Assembly (NCBI GenBank): GCA_964623045.1
Contig: CAZUUD010000002.1
Span: 1-32,704, forward strand
Direction of reading: 5' to 3'
DNA length: 32,704 bases
DNA from: an uncultured archaeon
GTDB lineage: Archaea > Aenigmatarchaeota > Aenigmatarchaeia > GW2011-AR5 > JAHLMP01
Shown: in pieces, positions 16,444 to 24,273 of the stretch
Numbering within the stretch: position 1 is the first letter of the stretch
How the letters are laid out: each line of letters opens with the position of its first letter
Position numbers and translations under genes: made by a program
Notes under the pieces: generated by a model
Databases searched by the model: none
Told to the model about the DNA's origin: nothing
What the model saw: the letters and a program-made list of their open reading frames with translations, nothing else

Positions 16444-16829
16444 AAGCTCCACCTTAGTTCTTTCGCAAAACTCTTGAGGGCTTCTACTTCTTTTGTCTTC
16501 TTTAAAGCTAATAAGACTTCCACTGCCCTGCGTTTCGATTCTATGATCTTAGCGCCACCTAATTCTAATGTCTTCCTAAGTTTTTTGTGTAGTTTCTCGC
16601 CCTTCTCATCAAAATCCGTGAGAATTACCACGTTCTTCCCTTGAAACTCTTCGTCCTCTAATTTCCGCAATGAATTCAGCGCCCTTATCTCCGTAGCTAT
16701 ACCCAAACTACGGAGAGCCTCTATATCCTTACGCCCCTCGACTACTATTAGATCTTCCTCGTTTAGCTTAGATACAACTTCTTTTAGCATCTCTCCCATT
16801 GTAACTAAACGCTTACGTCGTGTCACCAT
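16440..16829 (-). CDS. Small stand-alone Toprim-domain protein (RNase M5-like / UPF0292-like)
   Basis: 129 aa. Toprim signature: LIVVEGRKDIEALRSLGI (catalytic Glu) and NVVILTDFDEKGEKL (DxD). The ATG at 16829 has a GGAGGA SD 6 nt upstream, lying inside the rpl4 3' end (17-nt overlap). The stop overlaps the rpl23 ATG. Confidence 0.8.
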   Translation of the reverse strand: MVTRRKRLVTMGEMLKEVVSKLNEEDLIVVEGRKDIEALRSLGIATEIRALNSLRKLEDEEFQGKNVVILTDFDEKGEKLHKKLRKTLELGGAKIIESKRRAVEVLLALKKTKEVEALKSFAKELRWSL

Positions 16830-17625
16830 ATAGTTCCTCCAGTTTTTGTAGGGCAGAAAGAGAAATAACAACTAACCTACCAGGATGGGCTCCAGGCGCT
16901 AGTTGCTCGACCGTAAGCTCATCCACTACAGCTACATCAGCTCCGGCTATGTTTCTCGCTGCTTTCATAGCAGGACAATCTTTAGAAAAGATGAAAAGAA
17001 TGCTCTTCTTCTTTTTATATCTCCTTCCCCTCATCTTCCCCTTTCCAGCCCTCACTTTCTTCTTTTTTCCTCTTTTCAGCTCAGCTTCTAGGTTCAACTT
17101 CTTGAGAAGCTCTACTATTTGCTTAGTTGACTTCACATTCTCTATCTCCTCGCTTACGACAATTGGAACTTCGCCCTCGAATTTATGTCCACGCTGCTTT
17201 ACGAACTCTAATCTAGCACATGCTGCTAAGGCAGAGCAGAGTGCCTTAAGATACTCTTTCTTGTTGATCTTCTGTTCCCATTTCTTCTCTGGTTTTGGTG
17301 GGTGAGCTCTCCTTCCTTTCCTTGCCTGCGGAACTACGCGGGCCTCCATGTAGAGTGGTGTGTATTGGGCTCCTCTGCCATGAATGCGAGGTATACGTGC
17401 CATCTCCCTGGCTATCATCGTAAATCTAGCCCTTCTCCTCCCATGATAATGAGCACTAGTTCGCATTCCAGCAAGTTTATCAGTACCGTAAGGTTGTCTT
17501 CGCCAAGATTGCTCCGCAAGTACGGCCCTCCTTATGAGGTCTTCTCTTACTGTTGTCTCGAAGAGTGGAGGGAGATCCACTTCGCTTATCCTGTTTCCAC
17601 TCATGTCATAAACTCCTACCTTCAT
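16813..17625 (-). CDS. rpl4: 50S ribosomal protein L4 (uL4)
   Basis: 270 aa, archaeal L4/L1e family (QPYGTDKLAGMRTSAHYHGRRR, the basic loop KVRAGKGKMRGRRYK). ATGA overlap with the rpl3 stop. Confidence 0.95.
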   Translation of the reverse strand: MKVGVYDMSGNRISEVDLPPLFETTVREDLIRRAVLAEQSWRRQPYGTDKLAGMRTSAHYHGRRRARFTMIAREMARIPRIHGRGAQYTPLYMEARVVPQARKGRRAHPPKPEKKWEQKINKKEYLKALCSALAACARLEFVKQRGHKFEGEVPIVVSEEIENVKSTKQIVELLKKLNLEAELKRGKKKKVRAGKGKMRGRRYKKKKSILFIFSKDCPAMKAARNIAGADVAVVDELTVEQLAPGAHPGRLVVISLSALQKLEELYGDTT

Positions 17626-18566
17626 GGAAGTATCACCTCCTTTACCTCTACAGGTTCGAAGCGTCTCTTCCTTCTAGGCGTGGAAAGTATCACCAGTCGT
17701 TTCTTCGATCCAGGAACAGAACCTTCGACCAACACAGCTTTGCTCCGTTCTTTCATGATCCCATAGTTCGTCCATCCTCCTTTAGGGTTGAGATCCTTTC
17801 CAGGAACTATGTCCACTATCCTCTTATTGTGTTCGGTTCGTTGATGAAATCCTAGCTGACCAGGCATAGGAACTTGCCACATCACCCTGCGTGGCGTAGT
17901 AGGACCTATACTTCCCGTATGTCTCCTCGTTTTCTTCTCCTTTGGTCGTTTTTCCTTAACCCCGAATCTGGCTACTACTCCCGCAAATCCTTTCCCCTTC
18001 GTTATTGCAGTTACATCACAATATTCACCTGGCTTAAACACTTCATCCACATTTATCTCCTTGCCTAATACACTCATTGCATATTGGTATTGTTCCTCCA
18101 CGCTTCCTCCTATTGGAAGCTCAAAAACCTCTGGTTTAAGCTTATGCATTCCTGCTTCCGGTGGTTGGGTAGCAACGATTAGTCTTATCTCGACTACTTC
18201 GTCTTTTCTCTGCTCAAAATCAAAACTCGGCACCTTTTCCCTTTTTCCGATTTTCCTGTCGATATGTTTTGGCAATTCCTTACTCCACGTCTCTCCCAAA
18301 GTTATGAGATTTCCCTTATCATCTTGACCGTAAAATCTAATACCGCACACATGGAGTGGAGGGCATGCTAATACGGTTATTGCCTTAACTTTGACTTTCC
18401 CTTTTTCCACGATCTGCACATGCGCCATCCCCACCTTGTAGCCAGCAAAGCCTATGGGTTTAACTTCATCAGAGTGGGGGAACTTCACTCTAGGATAGAT
18501 CCGCTTGGCTCTTTTTCGTGGGTAAAATTGCAAACTTCCTCTTCTAGGTCTTCGCACAGTTGGCAT
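17622..18566 (-). CDS. rpl3: 50S ribosomal protein L3 (uL3)
   Basis: MPTVRRPRRGSLQFYPRKRA N-terminus, plus FAGYKVGMAHV and KGKGFAGVV. The ATG at 18566 has a GGTG SD 7 nt upstream; the ORF-track start at 18575 is GTG. Confidence 0.95.
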   Translation of the reverse strand: MPTVRRPRRGSLQFYPRKRAKRIYPRVKFPHSDEVKPIGFAGYKVGMAHVQIVEKGKVKVKAITVLACPPLHVCGIRFYGQDDKGNLITLGETWSKELPKHIDRKIGKREKVPSFDFEQRKDEVVEIRLIVATQPPEAGMHKLKPEVFELPIGGSVEEQYQYAMSVLGKEINVDEVFKPGEYCDVTAITKGKGFAGVVARFGVKEKRPKEKKTRRHTGSIGPTTPRRVMWQVPMPGQLGFHQRTEHNKRIVDIVPGKDLNPKGGWTNYGIMKERSKAVLVEGSVPGSKKRLVILSTPRRKRRFEPVEVKEVILP

Positions 18567-18643
18567 TTTAAGCACCTGATTTTGATTGAGACGTAAACCT
18601 TTAATTGGGAGTTGTTTAAAAGGTTTCTCACGAGGTTATTAAA

Positions 18644-19165
18644 GTGATCCGAATGGGTCTCTATAAGTATCTTCAGCGCCTATGGAAGCGCCCTGCAGAA
18701 AACGTGGAAAGGTACAAGAACCTTTTGAGAGAGTGGAGAAGAGGTCCTGCAATAGTTAGGATAGAGAGGCCTACTCGTATAGACAGGGCCAGAAGACTAG
18801 GTTACCGAGCCAAACAAGGTTTTGTTGTGGTTAGGGTTCGTATAAGGAAAGGTGGAAGAAAGCGACCGAAATACGGAAGAGGTGGAAGAAAACCTAGTAA
18901 GGCTGGTATCTCGAAATTCACTCCCAGAAAGAGTTTACAGTTAATAGCCGAGGAAAGGGCAGCAAGGAAATTTCCAAACCTCGAAGTGCTCAACTCTTAT
19001 TGGGTCGGAGATGATGGAAATTACAAGTACTTTGAGGTTATAATGGTAGACCCGAATCATCCCGTCATCAAGAACGATCCCAAGATCAACTGGATTGTTA
19101 GGCAAAGGGGGAGAGTGTTTAGAGGTTTAACGAGTTCTGGTAAGCGTATGCGAGGTCTACGCTAG
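18644..19165 (+). CDS. rpl15e: 50S ribosomal protein L15e (eL15)
   Basis: [13 protein letters not shown]...[36 protein letters not shown]...[11 protein letters not shown]...DPNHP. The GTG at 18644 has a GAGGT SD at 7-nt spacing. The ATG at 18653 (MGLYKY) is the alternative start. Confidence 0.93.
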   Translation: MIRMGLYKYLQRLWKRPAENVERYKNLLREWRRGPAIVRIERPTRIDRARRLGYRAKQGFVVVRVRIRKGGRKRPKYGRGGRKPSKAGISKFTPRKSLQLIAEERAARKFPNLEVLNSYWVGDDGNYKYFEVIMVDPNHPVIKNDPKINWIVRQRGRVFRGLTSSGKRMRGLR

Positions 19166-19960
19166 TAATCTTCTGAGGAGTTCCTTGACGAGCTTTATCT
19201 CTCTGGAAGGTGCTCCTACCTTCTTTAGCAGTTCGGGTGTGGCCATTTGGATAGTAACTACGTTTCTTTTGTAAAGTTTATTCATCGTCTTTCTTGAGAT
19301 AGGAAGGATCGTTATGGGATAAGCCCTCTGCTCCCTTATTAACATCTCCAGGCTCCTCTCTTCTGGATACCGCCATCCTAGCAACTTTATTCCCTTAGCT
19401 AGTGCGTATTTGATGGCATGGAGTGAGAATTTGGTGTTCGTCACTATCCATGCCTCATCAAAGTTATATTTGTTCTTCCCTTCTTTGTATCCGTCCCTTA
19501 TATCTTCCAGCGTTGCCCAAACCTGTAGGGGTATATCAAGTCCGCAAAATCTGTGTGGATTCACGTGATGTTTACACTCTATGAAAAGGAGCTTATCTCG
19601 CTTTGCTACCACATCTACTTCATGTTCTATGCAACTCCCTTCTACGATAATGCTATGCTCACATCTATAACCCAAATTCTCGAAAAGACGCATCACGTAG
19701 ATCTCGAAACTCTTAGGAGGAAGTGAGGCTATGGCTTCCCTCAATCTATAAACGAGTCCACTAGTTCGCTCTATCTTGTCCAGTTCATTGAGAACTAATC
19801 TGTATATCTCCTTCGTTCTTATTCCATCATAGGCTTTTGCCTTGACTCTCTTGGCTATGGTCCTTGCAACCTCCTTACTAACACCAGAACGTATGCACGT
19901 TCGAATTATCTTCGCTTCATCAAACTCCTCTTTCCTTCCATCAGCTTTAATTACGAACAT
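19157..19960 (-). CDS. ATP-cone domain fused to a PD-(D/E)xK (Mrr-type) restriction-endonuclease-like domain
   Basis: 267 aa. N-terminus [24 protein letters not shown]...[12 protein letters not shown] fits the ATP-cone pattern. The central part [14 protein letters not shown]...[20 protein letters not shown]...[16 protein letters not shown] fits the Mrr_cat core with D...E-x-K. The ATG lies 10 nt inside the apgM 3' end. Confidence 0.8.
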   Translation of the reverse strand: MFVIKADGRKEEFDEAKIIRTCIRSGVSKEVARTIAKRVKAKAYDGIRTKEIYRLVLNELDKIERTSGLVYRLREAIASLPPKSFEIYVMRLFENLGYRCEHSIIVEGSCIEHEVDVVAKRDKLLFIECKHHVNPHRFCGLDIPLQVWATLEDIRDGYKEGKNKYNFDEAWIVTNTKFSLHAIKYALAKGIKLLGWRYPEERSLEMLIREQRAYPITILPISRKTMNKLYKRNVVTIQMATPELLKKVGAPSREIKLVKELLRRLLA

Positions 19961-21123
19961 TTACTTCGCCTCTCCATTTTCATGGCTTCTCGAACAGGAT
20001 TTCTGACTAAGATGCCTGTATGCCTACATGCTCTTTCACAGAAACGTGGAACACCTTTATCAATGGAAACTCTCTTGTTGTAGATTAGAATGGGTGTTGG
20101 TCCGAATTCGTGTTCGCCCGTTCTCGAATTAGTCACGTGATCTATCGCTACGATCAATGTGTGATTTAGATCCTTAAGCCTCGAAAAAACCTCTCGGTCC
20201 ACCCTCTCAAGGAACTTCACCTTTAGGTTAAAATTCTTATCATGGGAAGCTTCATCTGCTCCGTTTATGTGCAGCAATACGAAGTCTTTCTGTTTAGCAG
20301 CAGCTAATACTGCTCTCACTTTATTCTTCAGGTTCGTGTTTACATGACCATTTGCTCCCTTAACAGAAATGTACTCCAGTCCAAGATATCTCGCTATTCC
20401 CTTTATTATGGCAACACCGCTAATCGCTACCCCAACCATTCCATACTTTTCTCTGAAGCTCTTCACCCGCCTAGCTCTAGATGCTCCTCTCAGTAGGATG
20501 TAATTGGCCTTCGTTCTTCTCTTCGAATTAATAGGATGCCTCTCAAGAAGTTGATGCGCTATATCAGAAAAAACATTCAATATCAAGGCTGTATAGTTAG
20601 CTCTGGGACTGAGGGCCTTTATTAGAGCTGGTTTCTCCTTTCCCACGTCTGAGTCGCTTATCTTATCGCTCAATTTACTTCCTCTTAGAATTACAACGCA
20701 TCTATGACCAACGGTATGAATGACGCGTATCTTGATCGAATCTATCTTCATGGTAAGTGTCTTCGCGAGTTCATCTAGTCCTTTCTCTTCTCTTCCAGCC
20801 CTTCTGTCTACTATACGAAGGTCTTCGTCTACTGTTGCGAAGTTCCCCCTTAGGTAGATCTCGTCTTTTCTTGGAATTATACCAGCGCCAAGTGCTTCCA
20901 AGTACCCCCGTCCAGGACAGTCCTTATATCCATAGCCTAATAGGCCAAGCGTAGCTATGTCACTCATCGACTTGGGATTATATCCTTGTGGCGCCTTAGC
21001 TCCTTCCCACATTCCACAGCAACCATTCTCAGCTATTTGATCTAGATTGGGTAGCTCAGCTCTTTCTAGAGCACTCCTTCCTCTATCTGCAGCACCATCC
21101 AAAATCACAAAGATTATCGACAT
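19951..21123 (-). CDS. apgM: 2,3-bisphosphoglycerate-independent phosphoglycerate mutase, archaeal type
   Basis: 390 aa with ILDGAADR at the N-terminus, HINGADEASHD and an alkaline-phosphatase-superfamily layout typical of ApgM. The ATG sits 3 nt after the deoA TGA, which is embedded in an AGGTGA SD. Confidence 0.88.
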   Translation of the reverse strand: MSIIFVILDGAADRGRSALERAELPNLDQIAENGCCGMWEGAKAPQGYNPKSMSDIATLGLLGYGYKDCPGRGYLEALGAGIIPRKDEIYLRGNFATVDEDLRIVDRRAGREEKGLDELAKTLTMKIDSIKIRVIHTVGHRCVVILRGSKLSDKISDSDVGKEKPALIKALSPRANYTALILNVFSDIAHQLLERHPINSKRRTKANYILLRGASRARRVKSFREKYGMVGVAISGVAIIKGIARYLGLEYISVKGANGHVNTNLKNKVRAVLAAAKQKDFVLLHINGADEASHDKNFNLKVKFLERVDREVFSRLKDLNHTLIVAIDHVTNSRTGEHEFGPTPILIYNKRVSIDKGVPRFCERACRHTGILVRNPVREAMKMERRSKCS

Positions 21124-21126
21124 CTT

Positions 21127-22689
21127 TCACCTTTCTAGAATGAATTTCCTTTCGTGAGGCTCAAGTCCAACTTCGGTTATCAGCATGTATCTCCTCAGGT
21201 CATCTACTATTCCTATCGGTTTTGTTTCCTCTGCATGTTTGAGTGCTTGACGCAATCTTACTGAAGAGTTTGAATAAATCGTCAATAACTTTTCTCCCCG
21301 TCTTACCTTATCCGTTATCTTCTTGTGAAGTACTACTCCAGCCCCCTTATCTCGAGGTGCACCAGCTATCTTTGCTATTTCTGCTATTTCTCTGTTCTTT
21401 ATCCACATCACCATCCCTTTCTTCTCTGCATAAATACTTACCCGCTTTTCACCCACTGGTATATCTTCCAGTTTTATGTTTGGATCTCCACCTTGGGCAG
21501 CAATTATCTCTTTGAATTTCTTCAGAGCACGTCCTTTCCTTAACGCTCTAAGGGCTACTTCTCTATTGCCCTTTCTAATTAATTCTAAAAGTTTGCCCGC
21601 AAGCGAGGTTGCCTTATCTATCAAATCGATGGGACGGTGAGTTTGTAGGGCAAATAATGCCTCTCTCGCCTCTAGCGCCGGTCCAACGGCATTACCTACA
21701 GGTTGTTCGCCATAGGTTAGTGCCGCTTTGGCCATTATTTTCATACGTTTAGCAACTTCAATGAGCTCATGAGCAAGCTCATAGGCAGCCCCAAACGTAG
21801 GTAATTTCGATCCCCGTCCAGTTGGAAGATCAAGGATTAAATGTGTAGCACCAACTGCTTTCTTCTTGCTTATGATGGATGGGACGTAGAGTGGGTCGAG
21901 TTCTAGTGGATACTCTATCTTGATGAATGCGTCATCGACTGGAGCTAGGTTAAGGGCACCTCCCCATACTATGCATCCGTTGGTCCGTCTAACTACTCTC
22001 TCTACTTCCTCTATCGTAAGATCAACAGGGGCCAAAACTTCCATCCTATCTGCTGTACCTGCTGGAGATGTTATGGCACGAGAACTTGTCTTAGGTATCG
22101 TAAACCCAAGTGATGCAATTATAGGTACTAACACTAGCGTTGTCTTATCTCCCGGAACGCCACCTAGTGAGTGTTTATCCAGTATAATTTTCTTTTTGAG
22201 ATTAAGCGTCTTACCCGTTCTTACGAACGCTTTAGTAAAGGCAACTGCTTCTTCTATCGTAAGCCCTCTTATGGCAAGGGCAGCTATGAATGCTGCCACC
22301 TCCAGATCATTGAGTTTATTCTCCAAAACGTCGCGGGTTATTTGTTCTATTTCTCCTTTCGTAAGTCTATAGCCGAATATCTTTCGCTTAATAAATCTCT
22401 TCGAGATGAGTTCGCCCCTTGCTCTTATATCGACCTTAGCTCCGTTTACTAGATTGAGATTTTTTGCTATTTCGTGAAAGAAGAGAACCTCTCCTTCCTT
22501 AACGAAAGTGCTGCTTACGTTAACTATAGCAACTGCTGTTCTCTTCCTGTAATTTATTATTACTCTATCTAAGGGCCTCACCCCTAGATCCTCAGCATCT
22601 TTACGATTGAGCACGACTATGTACTTCCCTCCAGCATCTAGGTCCAGAATACGGGCAGTGAATTTCACAAAATAGAATTCCAATTCCAT
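21127..22689 (-). CDS. deoA: AMP phosphorylase (thymidine phosphorylase family, archaeal DeoA)
   Basis: Collinear with Thermococcus AMPpase from memory: an N-terminal extra domain (ARILDLDAGGKYIVVLNRKDAEDLGV), HSLGGVPGDKTT, KTSSRAITSPAGTADRMEV, WGGALNLAPVDD. The true start is the ATG at 22689 (MELEFYF). The 58 upstream codons in the ORF track are low-complexity read-through of a pyrimidine tract. Confidence 0.9.
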   Translation of the reverse strand: MELEFYFVKFTARILDLDAGGKYIVVLNRKDAEDLGVRPLDRVIINYRKRTAVAIVNVSSTFVKEGEVLFFHEIAKNLNLVNGAKVDIRARGELISKRFIKRKIFGYRLTKGEIEQITRDVLENKLNDLEVAAFIAALAIRGLTIEEAVAFTKAFVRTGKTLNLKKKIILDKHSLGGVPGDKTTLVLVPIIASLGFTIPKTSSRAITSPAGTADRMEVLAPVDLTIEEVERVVRRTNGCIVWGGALNLAPVDDAFIKIEYPLELDPLYVPSIISKKKAVGATHLILDLPTGRGSKLPTFGAAYELAHELIEVAKRMKIMAKAALTYGEQPVGNAVGPALEAREALFALQTHRPIDLIDKATSLAGKLLELIRKGNREVALRALRKGRALKKFKEIIAAQGGDPNIKLEDIPVGEKRVSIYAEKKGMVMWIKNREIAEIAKIAGAPRDKGAGVVLHKKITDKVRRGEKLLTIYSNSSVRLRQALKHAEETKPIGIVDDLRRYMLITEVGLEPHERKFILER

Positions 22690-22740
22690 TATTAAAAGGG
22701 TTGGTAACCTCGTGGTGAAGACGGTTGAATTGAACAAAGG

Positions 22741-22748
22741 TTTAAATA
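22741..22748. promoter_or_regulatory. Palindromic TATA-box candidate (TTTAAATA), possibly bidirectional
   Basis: Purine-rich BRE-like sequence on both sides. It lies about 55 nt upstream of the deoA ATG on the minus strand, and about 45 nt upstream of the plus-strand micro-ORF ATG at 22789. Confidence 0.4.
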
Positions 22749-22788
22749 CTTTTCTTCTTCTAGCTACTTCAGCTCCGAGGTGAGCTAG

Positions 22789-22860
22789 ATGGCAGGCTTC
22801 GAGGAAGAGTGGGAAGAGGAGGAACCTGAAGAGGAATGGTGGGAAGAGGAAGAAGAGTGA
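22789..22860 (+). CDS. Candidate 23-aa hyper-acidic micro-ORF (MAGFEEEWEEEEPEEEWWEEEEE)
   Basis: ATG preceded by a GAGGTGA SD at 5-nt spacing, with a TATA-like box about 45 nt upstream. It encodes an internally repeated EEW/EEEE peptide. It could equally be a by-product of a GA-rich regulatory tract. Confidence 0.25.
   Translation: MAGFEEEWEEEEPEEEWWEEEEE
22801..22850. repeat. Two 20-nt purine-rich direct repeats (18/20 identical) at 30-nt period
   Basis: gaggaagagtgggaagagga (22801-22820) and gaggaatggtgggaagagga (22831-22850). The whole 22799-22858 stretch is almost pure purine on the plus strand. Confidence 0.8.
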
Positions 22861-22863
22861 CAA

Positions 22864-23820
22864 CTAGCTCTTGAACTTTGATTTTAGAATTTTGTGAAAT
22901 TCTTCCAAGAACTTCATATTTATCTCAAATTTCTTCTTGAATACGTTTCTTAATTCTATCGGTGGTACGAGTCCTCCATCGCTAGCTATACCATCTATGT
23001 AGTCCGGAGGGGTGACATCGAATGCCGGATTTCTCACTTTCACCCCCTTTATTGGGGTAGGGAGTATCTCTCTTGGGTTTCTCTCCTCAATACTCTCTAA
23101 GTGGCCTGCCTCCGTGAGAGGGTCAAACTTATAGCTTCCGCTTACCACTACAAGTGGAACTCTATGCTCTTTAGCTATTGCCGCTATTGTTGAAGTCCCT
23201 ATCTTATTCACCACAGCACCATTGGAACATATCACGTCTGCTCCTACCATTACGAGATCGACCTCCTTCATGAATCTCCTTACCGCAGAATCTACGATGA
23301 GAGTTGTATCTACACCTGCTGATGCCAATTCCCTAGCTGTTATCCTACCTTGATACTTTGGTCTAGTTTCGGTACAAATTACCTCTATTTCTTTTCCTTT
23401 TCCATGAGCTTTCAGAATTGCTCTTACAACAGTAGAACTATGACAATGGGTTAATATGGTACATTCCCTTGGAATACGATTAGAAGCTACTTCTACTGTC
23501 TTCTGTTGGATATCTTCTATCAGTTTCTTGACTTCATTAACGCTAGTGCGCAGCTCCCTCTTGAGAGAGCTTACGCTTAGTTTTTTGACCTTCTCCAATC
23601 TCGTCAATACTAAGGCCAAAGCATTCCTTGTTGCTGGCTCTGTAGGTCGTGCTACTGCTAGTTGAGTTGCTAATTTGAGTATGCGTTCGTGAAACTTTGA
23701 GGGATCTTTCAATCTCAGCTTCTTTCCCTCCTTAAGAAGAGTTTCAAGGGCAAAGATGGCAATATTGCTTGCTCCTTGAATCTTAAGATCGCGAATTTGC
23801 CTAACTGGGAAGACCCCCAT
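22864..23820 (-). CDS. e2b2: Ribose-1,5-bisphosphate isomerase (eIF-2B alpha/beta/delta family)
   Basis: Strong collinearity with Thermococcus R15P isomerase from memory: ILTHCHSS, CTETRPKYQGRITARELASAG, VGADVICSNGAVVNKIGT, AKEHRVP, RNPAFDVTPPDYID. GAGGA SD 6 nt upstream of the ATG. Confidence 0.88.
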   Translation of the reverse strand: MGVFPVRQIRDLKIQGASNIAIFALETLLKEGKKLRLKDPSKFHERILKLATQLAVARPTEPATRNALALVLTRLEKVKKLSVSSLKRELRTSVNEVKKLIEDIQQKTVEVASNRIPRECTILTHCHSSTVVRAILKAHGKGKEIEVICTETRPKYQGRITARELASAGVDTTLIVDSAVRRFMKEVDLVMVGADVICSNGAVVNKIGTSTIAAIAKEHRVPLVVVSGSYKFDPLTEAGHLESIEERNPREILPTPIKGVKVRNPAFDVTPPDYIDGIASDGGLVPPIELRNVFKKKFEINMKFLEEFHKILKSKFKS

Positions 23821-23840
23821 AGAGAGTCCTCAAAATAGAA

Positions 23841-24230
23841 CTATGCCGTTGATATATGTTCAATAGATACCTTTTCTGCCTCTGGCTCTATGGTCTTTCT
23901 TACCACCATAGCATATGCAGGGGTTGCAATTATGTAGTCCTCTCCTACTCCCGCTATATCACCTCCTATAGCCATACAAGTCTTCTTGATCCTATTAACA
24001 GCACTCCTAAGCGTTTCGAGATCTTTTTCCTTGAGTTCTCTTATCCTAGCAAAGACTATGTAACCCTCTCTTAACCTCCGCTGGATTCTTTCTGCATCTA
24101 GTAAATTCTCCAAGGTTTCTACTATGATTGGAACCTTCTTCTTTGACTCGACTGGCTCATACTCCAACTCTATGTATTCTTCTTCCTCTGATTCTCTACC
24201 TTTGATTCGTCTGAAGATATCTAGTGGCAT
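23841..24230 (-). CDS. sepF: Cell division protein SepF homologue
   Basis: 129 aa. Acidic N-terminal part, then the SepF core pattern PIIVETLENLLDAERIQRRLREGYIVFARI...LRSAVNRIKKTCMAIGGDIAGVGEDYIIATP. GGTGA SD 4 nt upstream. Confidence 0.85.
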   Translation of the reverse strand: MPLDIFRRIKGRESEEEEYIELEYEPVESKKKVPIIVETLENLLDAERIQRRLREGYIVFARIRELKEKDLETLRSAVNRIKKTCMAIGGDIAGVGEDYIIATPAYAMVVRKTIEPEAEKVSIEHISTA

Positions 24231-24263
24231 GAGCTCACCGATTAAGTTTCTTCCTTATGGAGC

Positions 24264-24271
24264 TTTTAAAT
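24264..24271 (-). promoter_or_regulatory. TATA-box candidate for sepF
   Basis: Minus-strand ATTTAAAA, 34-41 nt upstream of the sepF ATG and immediately after the stop of the 50-aa ORF. Confidence 0.35.
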
Positions 24272-24273
24272 CT

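Noticed and set aside
14793-18327. Plus-strand ORFs of 62-161 aa antisense to rpl2, rpl4 and rpl3 (14793-15272, 15121-15486, 16820-17305, 17302-17766, 17553-17855, 18061-18327), plus 16411-16644 antisense to the Toprim gene.
   Set aside because: They are shadows of highly conserved ribosomal protein genes, with low-complexity composition.
22690-22863. A 58-codon N-terminal extension of deoA in the ORF track (MSLFFLFPPFLFRFLLFPLFLEACHLAHLG...), which looks like a signal peptide or TM segment.
   Set aside because: It is the antisense reading of a purine-rich repeat tract. AMP phosphorylases are cytosolic, and the homology begins at MELEFYF..ARILDLD (ATG at 22689). A TATA-like box also lies inside the supposed coding extension.
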